Notes under the pieces: generated by a model
Databases searched by the model: none
Seen by the model: only the letters and a program-made list of their open reading frames with translations
Told to the model about the DNA's origin: nothing
DNA from: an uncultured bacterium
Lineage (GTDB): Bacteria > Acidobacteriota > Thermoanaerobaculia > Multivoradales > JAHZIX01
Assembly: GCA_965368975.1 (NCBI GenBank)
Contig: CBDUPA010000002.1
Coordinates: 416,001-480,000 of the forward strand
Direction of reading: 5' to 3'
Length of the DNA: 64,000 nt
Part shown: piece by piece, positions 1 to 9,647 of the stretch
Numbering within the stretch: position 1 is the stretch's first letter
Layout: each line of letters starts with the position of its first letter
Made by a program: the position numbers and the translations under genes

Positions 1-2630
1 CCACGCTTGGTCACCTTCACCTCGACCTCCCGGTAGGCACCATCTCGCGACACCGTGTCCGGCGCGTAGGCGATCAGGTACTGGCTACGCAGTTCTTCCT
101 CGATCTCCTTGTAGACCGAGAACAGCTCATCAGCATCGCTGATGAAGAAGGAGCGGCCGCCGGTCTCGCGCGAGAGATCCTTCAGCTTGTCGCGAATGCC
201 CAGGTCCAAGGTGCCGACATCGAGACCGATGGTATAGACCGAGACACCGGTGCGGCGCGAGTACTCCAGCGCTTCGCGGAAAGACAGGTTGCTCGACGTG
301 TCATCACCATCGGACAGCAGCACCAGAGCCCGGCGGCCGGTGACACCGCGGAAGTAGTACAGGCTGGTGACGATGGCATCGTGCAACGAGGTGAAGCCCG
401 CGGCCAGCAGGCCCTGTAGGCTGAGCTCCACCGCATCGACGTCGTTGGTGGGAGGCATCAGCATCACTGGTCGGTCCGAGAAGCCAACCGCGAAACAGCG
501 GTCCCGGCGCGTGACGATGTTGGCGAGGAAGTCGGTCGCCGCTTGCTGTGCCTCAATGATCGAGTTGGCCATCGAACCGGAGGTGTCGATGACGATGCCG
601 ATGGTCAGCGGTAGGTTCTCGACCAGCTCGAACTTGGCGATCTTCTGGCGCCGACCGTCCTCGTAGACTTCGAAGTCGTCGACGGTCAGGCCCTTGGCCA
701 GGCGATCGTTGCGGTCGACAACGGTGGTGTAGAGCTCGACCAGGCTGACATCGACTTCCTCCAGGTACTGGGGCGTAGTCAGGAAGCGCACGTCTTCGGC
801 CCGCGCGTCGTCGTCGAGTGTGGCCACGACGGTCAGATAGTTGAGGTCATTGCCGACCACCTGCGGCACCTCGACCTGCGCCTGCCAAGGCGGGCGTTCG
901 AGCGTCCGAATCAGCTCATTGTTGACGAAGAACTCGACCTTCTCGACCCGCCGGCCCTCCGGCACCACGACTTCGGCGCGCGCCTGCACGGTACTGCCAG
1001 CCGAAACACCCCGCTTGGGTTCCAGGATGCGCACTCGCAGCGAACCACGGGGCTGGTTCAGAATCACTTCGTCCGAGGCCACCAGCTCACCGGCTTCGTC
1101 GTACCCCTCGGCACGTACGATCTGCTCGGTCGGGAACTGCGACAGGCGTACTTCGGCGGTGAAGGGCGGTCGGCCGCGCGTGAGCTGTCGCTTGCCGTCG
1201 ACATAGAAGATGACACGCGCGATGCGCTCACCGGTGACCAGAGCTTCGGCACGCCACAAGCCGAGGATGACGTCCGACTCCGGTGGCACCAGCACCAGAC
1301 TGTCGTGACCGGCGATGCGCTGGCGTGCCAGCTTGTCACCCAAGGCCACGATCGCTTCTTCCGGCAGCGGCGGCTCCTCAATCTTCTGCGGGCCGTCCGG
1401 CACGTCGATCGTGCGCACGTAGCGTTTCTCCGCTCCCCCCACCTCATCGCGCACCATCAGGCGCGCCAGGTAGCGCCGGCCCGGTCGCAACGGCCGCTCG
1501 GCCACCAAGGCCAGCGGCGCCGGGTCCTTGGGAGCCTCGAGATTGAAGCGCACGCGGAAGGTGTCGAACACGGCACCGTCCTGCTCGATGACGCCGGAGA
1601 CTGTGAGGTCCAGCTCCGGCGGCTCGAGCTCGGTCGCGATCTCGAAGTTGGAACTCTCCGGCAACAGCCAGGTGAAACGGGCCAGCAGGCGCTGCCCCTG
1701 GCGCTCAGGGTACTGGATCGTCAACTCCTCGACCTGCAGCTCGGACGGCGGCTCGACATCCGGCCCGGTGCTGGCGGAGCGGGCCCAGGCGGCCAGATCG
1801 CTCGGTGGCTCCAGGTACTGGGCGAACACCTGGTTGCTCGGACGGTCTTCCTCGAAACCGAAGAGGCCATCGATACCGGTGATCTCGTCGATCAGCTCGG
1901 CCTGCGGACAGATCTGGTAGTCGAAGCGACGGCCGCGAATGCGCCCGCGCAGCTCCTCCCACTGCTCGAGGAAGTATTCGAGTTCCGGCGTGTAGAGCGA
2001 ACGCTTGGAATCCAACGGCAGCCACAGACGGAAGAGTTCACCACCGGTACGCTGGTAGACGAGCAAGAAGCGCCCGGCGTCCTTCAGGTCGATGTCATCG
2101 TCGTCCTTGTCCTGACTACCTTCGACGGCAGCGGACGGAGCAGTCAGTGTCTTCGTGGGATCGCTCACTCGCAGCTCAGGGCGCACGTCGTAGGCCCAGA
2201 TCTCGATCGGTCGGAACGCCGAGGCGCAGTCGATCACCTTGCGGTATTCGGGTGGCCCGTGCAGGAAGACCAGCTGGGCGCGCACGTCGAGCGACGACAG
2301 ACCGACCTGACGCAGGAACTGGAGGCGCCGACGGATACCTTCCCGCAGCTCGTTCTCGGGCGTTTGCGGGATCGGATCGGCATCGAGAAAGGCGTCGATC
2401 AACGCTTGTCGAGCCACCGGGTCTGCAGCTGACAGCAGGACCTCGACTTGCGCCTCTGAGAGCAGCCAACCAGGACCATCTTGCAGAAAGGCGCGTTGCT
2501 CTTCCGGCCAATCGAGCGGCGCCTGGCCGCCGAGCTGAGCCGCAGCGGCCGGCGACGGGGAGGACGGCGTCAAAGCCATCACCAGAGCGAAGCAGAGGAG
2601 GGAGAGGAACGTTCGGGGACTGCGTTGCAT
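1..2630 (-). CDS. Secreted VWA-domain protein (acidobacterial type; N-terminal GWxTD-like region, Ig-like segments, C-terminal VWA); 3' end runs off the window
   Basis: Not in the ORF track because it is open at the edge. Read by hand from ATG 2630: MQRSPRTFLSLLCFALVMALT... (signal peptide). MIDAS motif PLTIGIVIDTSGSM near 570-610, LLSDGDDTSS near 290-320, C-terminal YLIAYAP...DGAYREVEVKV. Confidence 0.8.
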   Translation of the reverse strand, partial: MQRSPRTFLSLLCFALVMALTPSSPSPAAAAQLGGQAPLDWPEEQRAFLQDGPGWLLSEAQVEVLLSAADPVARQALIDAFLDADPIPQTPENELREGIRRRLQFLRQVGLSSLDVRAQLVFLHGPPEYRKVIDCASAFRPIEIWAYDVRPELRVSDPTKTLTAPSAAVEGSQDKDDDDIDLKDAGRFLLVYQRTGGELFRLWLPLDSKRSLYTPELEYFLEQWEELRGRIRGRRFDYQICPQAELIDEITGIDGLFGFEEDRPSNQVFAQYLEPPSDLAAWARSASTGPDVEPPSELQVEELTIQYPERQGQRLLARFTWLLPESSNFEIATELEPPELDLTVSGVIEQDGAVFDTFRVRFNLEAPKDPAPLALVAERPLRPGRRYLARLMVRDEVGGAEKRYVRTIDVPDGPQKIEEPPLPEEAIVALGDKLARQRIAGHDSLVLVPPESDVILGLWRAEALVTGERIARVIFYVDGKRQLTRGRPPFTAEVRLSQFPTEQIVRAEGYDEAGELVASDEVILNQPRGSLRVRILEPKRGVSAGSTVQARAEVVVPEGRRVEKVEFFVNNELIRTLERPPWQAQVEVPQVVGNDLNYLTVVATLDDDARAEDVRFLTTPQYLEEVDVSLVELYTTVVDRNDRLAKGLTVDDFEVYEDGRRQKIAKFELVENLPLTIGIVIDTSGSMANSIIEAQQAATDFLANIVTRRDRCFAVGFSDRPVMLMPPTNDVDAVELSLQGLLAAGFTSLHDAIVTSLYYFRGVTGRRALVLLSDGDDTSSNLSFREALEYSRRTGVSVYTIGLDVGTLDLGIRDKLKDLSRETGGRSFFISDADELFSVYKEIEEELRSQYLIAYAPDTVSRDGAYREVEVKVTKR

Positions 2631-2887
2631 GGCGACTCCGTGTTGGACTGCGGCGTGTCCGTGGCGCGTGACAAGGGATCAGCTCGGGCTCTGCGACTCG
2701 ACCAGTGACGCTGGCTCGCGCTGGCTGCACTCGGATCACCTGGCCCCACTTCTGCCCAGGCTTCTTGCACGCCCGATGCCAGGCTGGGTGCAGGGTACCG
2801 CGAACGGCACAGCGCCAACAGCGCCGATGATGTTACTGTTGGAAGCCTCAACCTCGAAATTCACGGCGCAATCGATAGGAAGGCAGA

Positions 2888-3943
2888 ATGGGTCGGCACC
2901 TCAGCAACGAACCAATCAAGAACTGGCGCGACGGCGACCACATCCAGGGTTTTGCCCTGCTGACGCGGAAGCAACGCCGTACGGACCGCAACAACCGCGA
3001 ATACCTAGACCTCGAGCTTGCTGATCGCAGCGGCTCGATCACCGCCAAAGTGTGGCCCGATAGTCCAGCGTTGCAGGCCGACTTCAAGGAACACCAGTTC
3101 GTAGTCTGCCGCGGTCAGGTGAAGCAGTTTCGCGAAGAGCTGCAGCTGAGTGTCGATAGCTGCCGCACGGCCAACGAACTCGACCGCCAGTTCGGCTTCG
3201 ACGAGTCTCAGCTGGTACCGTCCACTTCCGAGGACATCGACGATCTCTGGCGACGCCTGGAGACCACACTCCTCGAAGGCGTGGAGCGGCCCGTGCTGCA
3301 ACGCCTGGTCACCGAGACGCTCGCCAGAGTCGGCAAGGATCTGCGTGAGCACCCAGCCGCCAAGGGTATCCACCACGCCTACCGCGGCGGTCTACTCGAA
3401 CACACGACGTTCATGGCCGAGCTGGCCAATCGTACCTGCGACCAGTACCCCTACGTCGACCGTGATCTGGTGCTGGTGGGCGTGCTCTTTCACGACCTGG
3501 GCAAGATCCGCGAACTCGGTGCCATGCCCTACAACGACTACACCGTCGAGGGCCGGCTGATCGGCCACGTCGTGCTCGGCCGGGACCTGCTGCGCGAGTG
3601 CTGCGCCGAGGTCGAAGAGTTTCCCGCGGATCTGCAGATGGAGCTGGAGCACCTCGTGCTGTCGCACCAGGGCCGCCGGGAGTACGGCTCGCCAGTCGAG
3701 CCGATGACCACCGAGGCAGTCGTGCTGCACTTCGTCGACGATCTCGATTCGCAGCTCAATCAGCTGCGCCGTGCCGCGCTGCAGGGCGGCGATGGCCTGC
3801 ACTTCCTCAAGGGGATGGGCCGCTACATCTACAGCAGTCGCAACGGTGACCAGACCGAGTCGGCGGAGGAAGAGGCAGCCGACCCGGCAGCGGAGCCGGA
3901 CGAAGACTTCGCTCGTCGCGGCCCCGCAGAAGGTCAGCTCTGA
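2888..3943 (+). CDS. yhaM: 3'-5' exoribonuclease YhaM/Cbf1 family (OB fold + HD domain)
   Basis: YLDLELADRSGSITAKVW OB fold; HHAYRGGLLEHT, HDLGK, GHVVLG, SHQG, DDLDS motifs; AGGAAGG RBS. Confidence 0.85.
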   Translation: MGRHLSNEPIKNWRDGDHIQGFALLTRKQRRTDRNNREYLDLELADRSGSITAKVWPDSPALQADFKEHQFVVCRGQVKQFREELQLSVDSCRTANELDRQFGFDESQLVPSTSEDIDDLWRRLETTLLEGVERPVLQRLVTETLARVGKDLREHPAAKGIHHAYRGGLLEHTTFMAELANRTCDQYPYVDRDLVLVGVLFHDLGKIRELGAMPYNDYTVEGRLIGHVVLGRDLLRECCAEVEEFPADLQMELEHLVLSHQGRREYGSPVEPMTTEAVVLHFVDDLDSQLNQLRRAALQGGDGLHFLKGMGRYIYSSRNGDQTESAEEEAADPAAEPDEDFARRGPAEGQL

Positions 3944-3973
3944 GGTAGGAGCAGCAGGGCGGGTGGCGCCGGC

Positions 3974-4906
3974 TCAGCGGCCGCCGCCGCCACGCACTCG
4001 GTCGAGGGTTCGCCGGAAGCGGCCGCCGAGACCTCCCTCGTCTTCCTCCTCTTCGTCGGCCGAATCACCATTGCCGGCAGCGAGACCGTCGAAGATGGAG
4101 GGCTGTTCCGTATAGCCAGCCGGCACCTTGAAGGCATCCGCGCGGACGCTCTCGGCGCGCAGCGTGGTCACCTCCTGGCTACCTCGACTGGTGGTGACAT
4201 TGCCCTTCTGATCGGTGTTCTTGGTCACCGACGTGCTGCGCAGCACAACGCCTTCGATCCGATTCAGCTCCTGCTGGATCATGCGATCGAGATCTTCGTT
4301 GCCGGTCTGGGGTGGCTCCTTGCGCAGGAACACCTCCATGCCCGGATCTCCCAGCGCCGTGGTGGTCCACAGATCCTGGATGGTCTCGCTGGAACTGGTG
4401 CGCTTGATGCCGATGACCTTGACCTGCATGTCGTAGCTGGTCTTGTAGCGGTAGTGCGTGGTGGCGTACCCGAGAAGACGGCCGCCGTTCTCCTTCAGCA
4501 GCAACTCGGACTCGGGGGACGAGAACTCGATGTTCACCAACCCCTTCATGCTGTCCATGATGTTGCCCACCGTCGACAGCATGCCACGGATGTCCCACTT
4601 CTGGTAGGTCTGGTTCTCTGGGTCGACCAGGAACATGGTTTCGCCCCCGTCCTCGGTGACGAAGTACATGCCGGGACGCAACATCGGATTGCCGGTCGAC
4701 TCTTGGAAGACCACTTTGGCCTTTGGACCGTCGGTCCAGGCCTGCATGTTCTGGGACTGGATGACCTTGCCGTTGTCATCCTCGACAGTGGTCACGGCTT
4801 CCATGTACATGCCGCGCGCCAGTGCCGGCGTCGCGGCCACGGCCGCGAGGGTCAGGATGATCAGGGCGCTGCTGAGAATATTGAGCTTCGTCTTGCGGAG
4901 CTTCAT
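3974..4906 (-). CDS. Secreted DUF4412-like protein
   Basis: Start moved to ATG 4906 (MKLRKTKLN...) behind AAGGAGG. Signal peptide ends in ALA. LGYATTHY and AFKVPAGY motifs are typical of DUF4412. Confidence 0.6.
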   Translation of the reverse strand: MKLRKTKLNILSSALIILTLAAVAATPALARGMYMEAVTTVEDDNGKVIQSQNMQAWTDGPKAKVVFQESTGNPMLRPGMYFVTEDGGETMFLVDPENQTYQKWDIRGMLSTVGNIMDSMKGLVNIEFSSPESELLLKENGGRLLGYATTHYRYKTSYDMQVKVIGIKRTSSSETIQDLWTTTALGDPGMEVFLRKEPPQTGNEDLDRMIQQELNRIEGVVLRSTSVTKNTDQKGNVTTSRGSQEVTTLRAESVRADAFKVPAGYTEQPSIFDGLAAGNGDSADEEEEDEGGLGGRFRRTLDRVRGGGGR

Positions 4907-4969
4907 GATGATGTCTTGCCTCCTTGGGGGGTTCATTGCATCTAGATCGACTTTGGAGCATATCAAGAG

Positions 4970-5764
4970 CTACTCTCCACGCAAGGGCGAGACCAACCTC
5001 AGCGTATGCTCGAGGAGTTCGCGACCACCCGGCTTGCCGTGTCCAGGCAGGACGATATTGACCTCCGGATAGGCCTTCAGAAGAACCTGGATCGAGCCGG
5101 GCCAGGCTTCGAGATCCGCGTCGGCGACGTTGCCGCGGCTCGTCGAGCCGGTGGAACGTACCAAGCAACCACCATACAGAGCCTTGGCCGACGGCACCCA
5201 CACGACGCTGTTGTCGCGCGCATGGCCGCCGCCCGGATAGCGCAGCTCGATATCGAGCTCACCAACACTCAAGCTGACCGTCTCGGTAAAGGTATGGGTC
5301 GGCACCTGCCAACCAGCCTCGGCTGCGAACTCAGCCGTCAACGCCGAGCTGTAGCTCGGAATGTCGCGGCGGTGCGCTTCCGCGATTCCGGCGATGCGGT
5401 CGTCATGGGCGTGCGTGACGACTAACGCGACGGTCCGGGCACCGAGCTGGGTCTCGACCCAGTCCAAGAGGGCACTGGTTTGGGTCTCGCTCCAGCCGGT
5501 GTCGACCAAGATCGCTTCGCCGCCATCGACAATCACCAGGCCGTTGGCAGCGACCATCCCCCACTGGGGCACCTCGCCGTAGGTCACATGCTGCCAGACG
5601 CCGGGTGCGAGGGCGTGCACCGCGACGTCCGACTGCAGCGTCTGAGCCCCTTGCGGGAAGGCCAGCGAGAAAGCCAGTGGCTCCGGAGCAGCCACTGACG
5701 GTGCGTTGAAGCTGGCCAGCAGAAGGTGCGTGACGAGGAGAAAGACTGTGCCCAGCTGCCTCAG
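4970..5764 (-). CDS. Subclass B1 metallo-beta-lactamase (ORF track start GTG 5695; probable start CTG 5764 supplies the signal peptide)
   Basis: All six B1 zinc ligands are present: THAHDDR (H116, H118, D120), GGGHARDN (H196), YGGCLVR (C221), PGHG (H263). Also GNVADA (N233), ANGL, LVDTGW. L3 loop [12 protein letters not shown] resembles NDM-type enzymes. Confidence 0.88.
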   Translation of the reverse strand: MRQLGTVFLLVTHLLLASFNAPSVAAPEPLAFSLAFPQGAQTLQSDVAVHALAPGVWQHVTYGEVPQWGMVAANGLVIVDGGEAILVDTGWSETQTSALLDWVETQLGARTVALVVTHAHDDRIAGIAEAHRRDIPSYSSALTAEFAAEAGWQVPTHTFTETVSLSVGELDIELRYPGGGHARDNSVVWVPSAKALYGGCLVRSTGSTSRGNVADADLEAWPGSIQVLLKAYPEVNIVLPGHGKPGGRELLEHTLRLVSPLRGE

Positions 5765-7113
5765 TCCATCTGCTTGCGCAAGACGGTCGGGATGTCGTAG
5801 TCGTCGACATTCGACCAGTTCGGCCCGTATGCACCGGGATCGTCCGCTCGCTGGTGCGCCAGTACCTTGCGGTAGAACGGGACTTCGACGTCCTCCTCCA
5901 CCGGCGGGCGGACCGCCTCGAGGTCGTCGCCGTCTTCGATCGGTGCGGCCATGCGCGGCGCTGGCGCCGGCTCTGGGGCCGGACGAGCATCGATCTGACG
6001 GCTGGCCGCGGTCACGGAACGGCGGCGCTCAGCCTGCGCGTCCATCGCTTCGACGTCGAAGCCGGTGGCGATGACCGTGACCTTCATGGCGTCTTCCATC
6101 TCCTCATCGAGCACCATGCCGGAGATGATGTTGGCATCCGGGTCGACGGCGGCGGCGATGATCTCGGCGGCTTCCGCAACCTCGTGCAGGGTCAGGTCCT
6201 GGCTACCGGAGATGTTGATCAGCACGCCCTTGGCACCCTCGATCGACGTCTCTTCGAGCAGCGGGGAGGAGATCGCACGCTGTGCAGCCTCGACGGCGCG
6301 ACTCTCGCCCTTGGCGACACCGGTTCCCATCAGCGCCATACCCATACCAGTCATGATCGTGCGCACGTCGGCGAAGTCAACGTTGATCTCGCCAGGAACA
6401 GTGATCAGGTCACTGATGCCCTGGACCGCCTGGCGCAGCACGTCGTCGGCGATCCGAAAGGCCTCCGACAGCGGGGTGCCGCGCTCGACGAACTTGAGCA
6501 GGCGCTCGTTGGGAATGGTGATCAGAGTGTCGACGGCCGCACGTAACTCTTCCAGCCCCTGGTCGGCCAGGTGCAAGCGGCGGCGGCCTTCGAAGCTGAA
6601 CGGCTTGGTGACCACCGCGACGGTGAGCGCACCGATCTCGGCGGCCAGCGACGCCAGGATCGGCGCAGCCCCCGTGCCGGTGCCACCACCCAGGCCGGCG
6701 GTCAGGAAGATCATGTCCGAACCGTCGAGCAAGGACAGGATCTGCTCCGTGTCCTCGAGCGCGGCCTTGCGGCCAATCTCGGGATCCGAGCCAGCGCCCA
6801 GGCCCTTGGTCAGCTGGTTGCCGATCTGCAACTTGGTGGGCGCCCGGCACTTGTTGAGTGCCTGCAGATCGGTGTTGGCGGCTATGAACTCGATGCCGCG
6901 CAGGTCTGCGTCGATCATGCGGTTGACGGCGTTGCCGCCACCGCCGCCGATACCGATGACGCGGATCTTGGCCGGTGCACCGGCGTGCGCGCTGACGGTG
7001 AGGTCCGACGGCTCGACCGGCAACACCGCCGGCAAGCTCGCCTGGACCTCGCCGCCCTCGGCGTCGGTATCCGACTGCGCCATCGCTTCTTCTGTATCTT
7101 CAAATAGGATCAT
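5761..7113 (-). CDS. ftsZ: Cell division GTPase FtsZ
   Basis: [20 protein letters not shown] tubulin signature, NVDFADV, C-terminal [11 protein letters not shown]. Confidence 0.99.
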   Translation of the reverse strand: MILFEDTEEAMAQSDTDAEGGEVQASLPAVLPVEPSDLTVSAHAGAPAKIRVIGIGGGGGNAVNRMIDADLRGIEFIAANTDLQALNKCRAPTKLQIGNQLTKGLGAGSDPEIGRKAALEDTEQILSLLDGSDMIFLTAGLGGGTGTGAAPILASLAAEIGALTVAVVTKPFSFEGRRRLHLADQGLEELRAAVDTLITIPNERLLKFVERGTPLSEAFRIADDVLRQAVQGISDLITVPGEINVDFADVRTIMTGMGMALMGTGVAKGESRAVEAAQRAISSPLLEETSIEGAKGVLINISGSQDLTLHEVAEAAEIIAAAVDPDANIISGMVLDEEMEDAMKVTVIATGFDVEAMDAQAERRRSVTAASRQIDARPAPEPAPAPRMAAPIEDGDDLEAVRPPVEEDVEVPFYRKVLAHQRADDPGAYGPNWSNVDDYDIPTVLRKQMD

Positions 7114-7172
7114 CGCCCTCTCCCTGTTGGGTTGTCTCCGGAACCCATGCGTAGGTTCTACGATTTCGGCGC

Positions 7173-8411
7173 TTACAGCAAGTCTTCGAACATACCGCGC
7201 AGGCTGCCCATCATGTCCCGCACGCTGAAGCCGCTGCGGCCTCGCTTTCGCTGTTGTTTTCTATCGGCCATTTGCCCCCACAGCAGCAGGCCGGCGGTCG
7301 TGCTCCAAGCCGGACTGTGGATGACTTCGACCAGGCCGCCCAGGCCTCGGGGAAGCCCGTGGCGAACGCCGGTGTCGAAGATCGGCTCGACCAGTTCGAG
7401 CAGACCGTCCATCTGGGCACCGCCGCCGGTGAGCACGACCCCGGCCCGGGGCGCCTCTTCATAGCCGTGACGGTGCAGGTCGCGCCGGATCAGGTTGAAG
7501 ATCTCCTCGGCGCGCGGCTGCAGGATGTCGCTCAGCTCGCGCCGCCGCACCACGCGGGTGGTGCCACCGCCGACCGGTGGCACGGAGATGCCTTCGTCTT
7601 CTTCCACCAGGTGCGGCAGGCAGCAGCCCTTGCGGATCTTGATCCGCTCGGCTTCGGCGAACGGCGTACGCAGCACGACGGCCAGATCATTAGTGAAGTG
7701 ACCGGCACCGACCGGCAGAACGCCCGAATGCTGCACCTCACCGTTGTGGAACAGCGCGTACTCGGTGGTGCCGCTGCCGACGTCGACCAGCAGGACGCCA
7801 AGTTCTTTCTCGTCACGGCTGAGAACCGACTCGGCGGTGGCCAGCACCTCGAACACCATGCCGTTGATCTCGACGCCAGCGCGGTTGACGCAGGTCAGCA
7901 AGGTGCGCGTGCGCGTCGTGTTGCCGGTCACCAGGTGCAGCATCACTTCCAGCCGGCTGCCCAGCATGCCGATCGGGTCCGCGATGTCGCCCTGCTCGTC
8001 GACGAGGAATTCCTGCGGAATGGCGTGCAGGATCTCGCGATCGGACGGCAGTGCCGCCGATTGGGCTGCTTCCAGCACGCGTTCGATGTCGTCGCGGGTG
8101 ATCTCACGATCCTTGCGCTTGACGGACACCATGCCGCGGCAATTGACGCTGCGGATGTCCGAGCTGGCAATGCCGACCCAGGCTCGAGTGATCTCGACCC
8201 CGGCCATGACCTCCGCCTCCTCGCTGGCCATGCGCAGTGCCTCGACAGTGGATTCAACGTTCACGATGTTGCCTTTGCGGGCACCGTGGTTGGGCGCTTC
8301 ACCTTTGCCCACTACCTCGATTCCGCCTTGGCCGTCCGTGACGCCAATGAGCACGCCGATCTTCGACGAGCCGATGTCGATTCCTACCAGGTAGTCTTCT
8401 GGTCTGGCCAT
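7173..8411 (-). CDS. ftsA: Cell division protein FtsA
   Basis: [24 protein letters not shown] actin-fold motifs; directly upstream of ftsZ. Confidence 0.98.
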   Translation of the reverse strand: MARPEDYLVGIDIGSSKIGVLIGVTDGQGGIEVVGKGEAPNHGARKGNIVNVESTVEALRMASEEAEVMAGVEITRAWVGIASSDIRSVNCRGMVSVKRKDREITRDDIERVLEAAQSAALPSDREILHAIPQEFLVDEQGDIADPIGMLGSRLEVMLHLVTGNTTRTRTLLTCVNRAGVEINGMVFEVLATAESVLSRDEKELGVLLVDVGSGTTEYALFHNGEVQHSGVLPVGAGHFTNDLAVVLRTPFAEAERIKIRKGCCLPHLVEEDEGISVPPVGGGTTRVVRRRELSDILQPRAEEIFNLIRRDLHRHGYEEAPRAGVVLTGGGAQMDGLLELVEPIFDTGVRHGLPRGLGGLVEVIHSPAWSTTAGLLLWGQMADRKQQRKRGRSGFSVRDMMGSLRGMFEDLL

Positions 8412-8420
8412 GTCTCCGCC

Positions 8421-9647
8421 TCAACCTTGGTTCTGGGAGCCGGCGACTGCCGAAGGGACAGCCACTGCGTCTCCGGATTGCTCGATAGTGCCGCGCTGCG
8501 CGGGAAGGGATGTCATCTCGGCCTCGTCGCGGGTCCAGACCATACGGCCCGACACCCTCAGATCGAGCAGCCAACCGCCCTCGGGGTAGCGTGCTCGTAG
8601 TTCTGGCAACACTCTGGTCAGTCCGGACGCCTGGTGCTCCAGGTCACCGAAGCGGACCAACAGTGGGAAGAGCCCACGAGGCCGAAGGAGAAAGTCGTCG
8701 TCACTCAGAATTTCGATGCTCTGCAACTCGCCGCGCCACGGCGCGTCGACGCGCTGCCACTGACGCATCAGGTCGAGACAGCGCAGCACGTCCGTCTCGG
8801 AACGCAGCCCCTGCAGCTGCGGCAGTGCTTGCGCCAGCGGTTCGTCGGCAGGTTGAGCGCGTGCGATCGGCTGGCCCGCCGCATCGACGTAGCGGTAGCC
8901 ACTGCGGTCGAGCGCCAGGGCAACGGGTTGGCGCGCCACCGCCTCGACGCGCAGGCCGTCCGGCAACTGCTTGTCCAGACTGACGTCGGCGAGCCACGAG
9001 TGCTCCGAGAGCACGTGACGCCGCACCTCGCCCAGCGGCAGCAACAGCAAGTTCTTGCCCTGGTAAGGCTCGAGCGTCTTCAGCAACTCGGCTGCCGGCA
9101 CCCGCTCGGTGCCGTGCACCTCCAGCAGGCGGAGCGAGAACTGCTGCGCGGTGAAGACCCAAGCCACCAGCGCCAGCGGCAGCCCGACGGCGAACAGCAA
9201 CATCAGCAACCGGCGCGCGACCTGCAGCCAGCGGCGCGGCCGCCGGTGCTGCGGCACCACGTGACGCCGCGGGCGCGGCATTGCCGGTGCCAGAGGGGAC
9301 TCGGCGAGCGGTCGGCGGCGCGGTGTCGGCAGCACCTCGGCCCAGCCGGCACGCTGGGCCTGAGGCTTTCCTGCCGAGAGCATGCTGGCCGGCAGCGGGG
9401 CCATCGAGGGACGGCTCCCTGAAGACGCCACGCCCGAAGACGGCACCCAGGGCCGCGGCCTGCGCACGCAGGTCACCGAGGAGGCACCCGACGGACGGGC
9501 GTTGCTACGGTGCACGGCCGGAGCATCGAGGTTCTCACTAGCCGGTACCGGGCGATCGGTATCGAACTCGGGCGACCCGAGGGTTGGCTCCGCGGCTCGA
9601 TCACGACGCGGGCGATCTTTCGGCGGGAAGGCGTGGACGGTACCCAT
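8421..9647 (-). CDS. ftsQ: Cell division protein FtsQ/DivIB with long Pro/Arg-rich N-terminus
   Basis: Single TM helix, then POTRA (VHGTERV...KQLPDGLRVEAVARQPVA) and C-terminal DLR. Lies between murC and ftsA. ATG 9647 overlaps the murC stop and follows GGAGGAGG. Confidence 0.9.
   Translation of the reverse strand: MGTVHAFPPKDRPRRDRAAEPTLGSPEFDTDRPVPASENLDAPAVHRSNARPSGASSVTCVRRPRPWVPSSGVASSGSRPSMAPLPASMLSAGKPQAQRAGWAEVLPTPRRRPLAESPLAPAMPRPRRHVVPQHRRPRRWLQVARRLLMLLFAVGLPLALVAWVFTAQQFSLRLLEVHGTERVPAAELLKTLEPYQGKNLLLLPLGEVRRHVLSEHSWLADVSLDKQLPDGLRVEAVARQPVALALDRSGYRYVDAAGQPIARAQPADEPLAQALPQLQGLRSETDVLRCLDLMRQWQRVDAPWRGELQSIEILSDDDFLLRPRGLFPLLVRFGDLEHQASGLTRVLPELRARYPEGGWLLDLRVSGRMVWTRDEAEMTSLPAQRGTIEQSGDAVAVPSAVAGSQNQG

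Noticed and set aside
2631-2887. GC-rich hairpin-prone intergenic region as ncRNA or riboswitch
   Set aside because: No recognisable family motif, and imperfect stems are expected at this GC content. An Rfam search would be needed.
4970-5764. Beta-lactamase as a recently acquired mobile resistance gene
   Set aside because: No IS, integron attC or transposase is nearby, and its composition resembles neighbouring genes.
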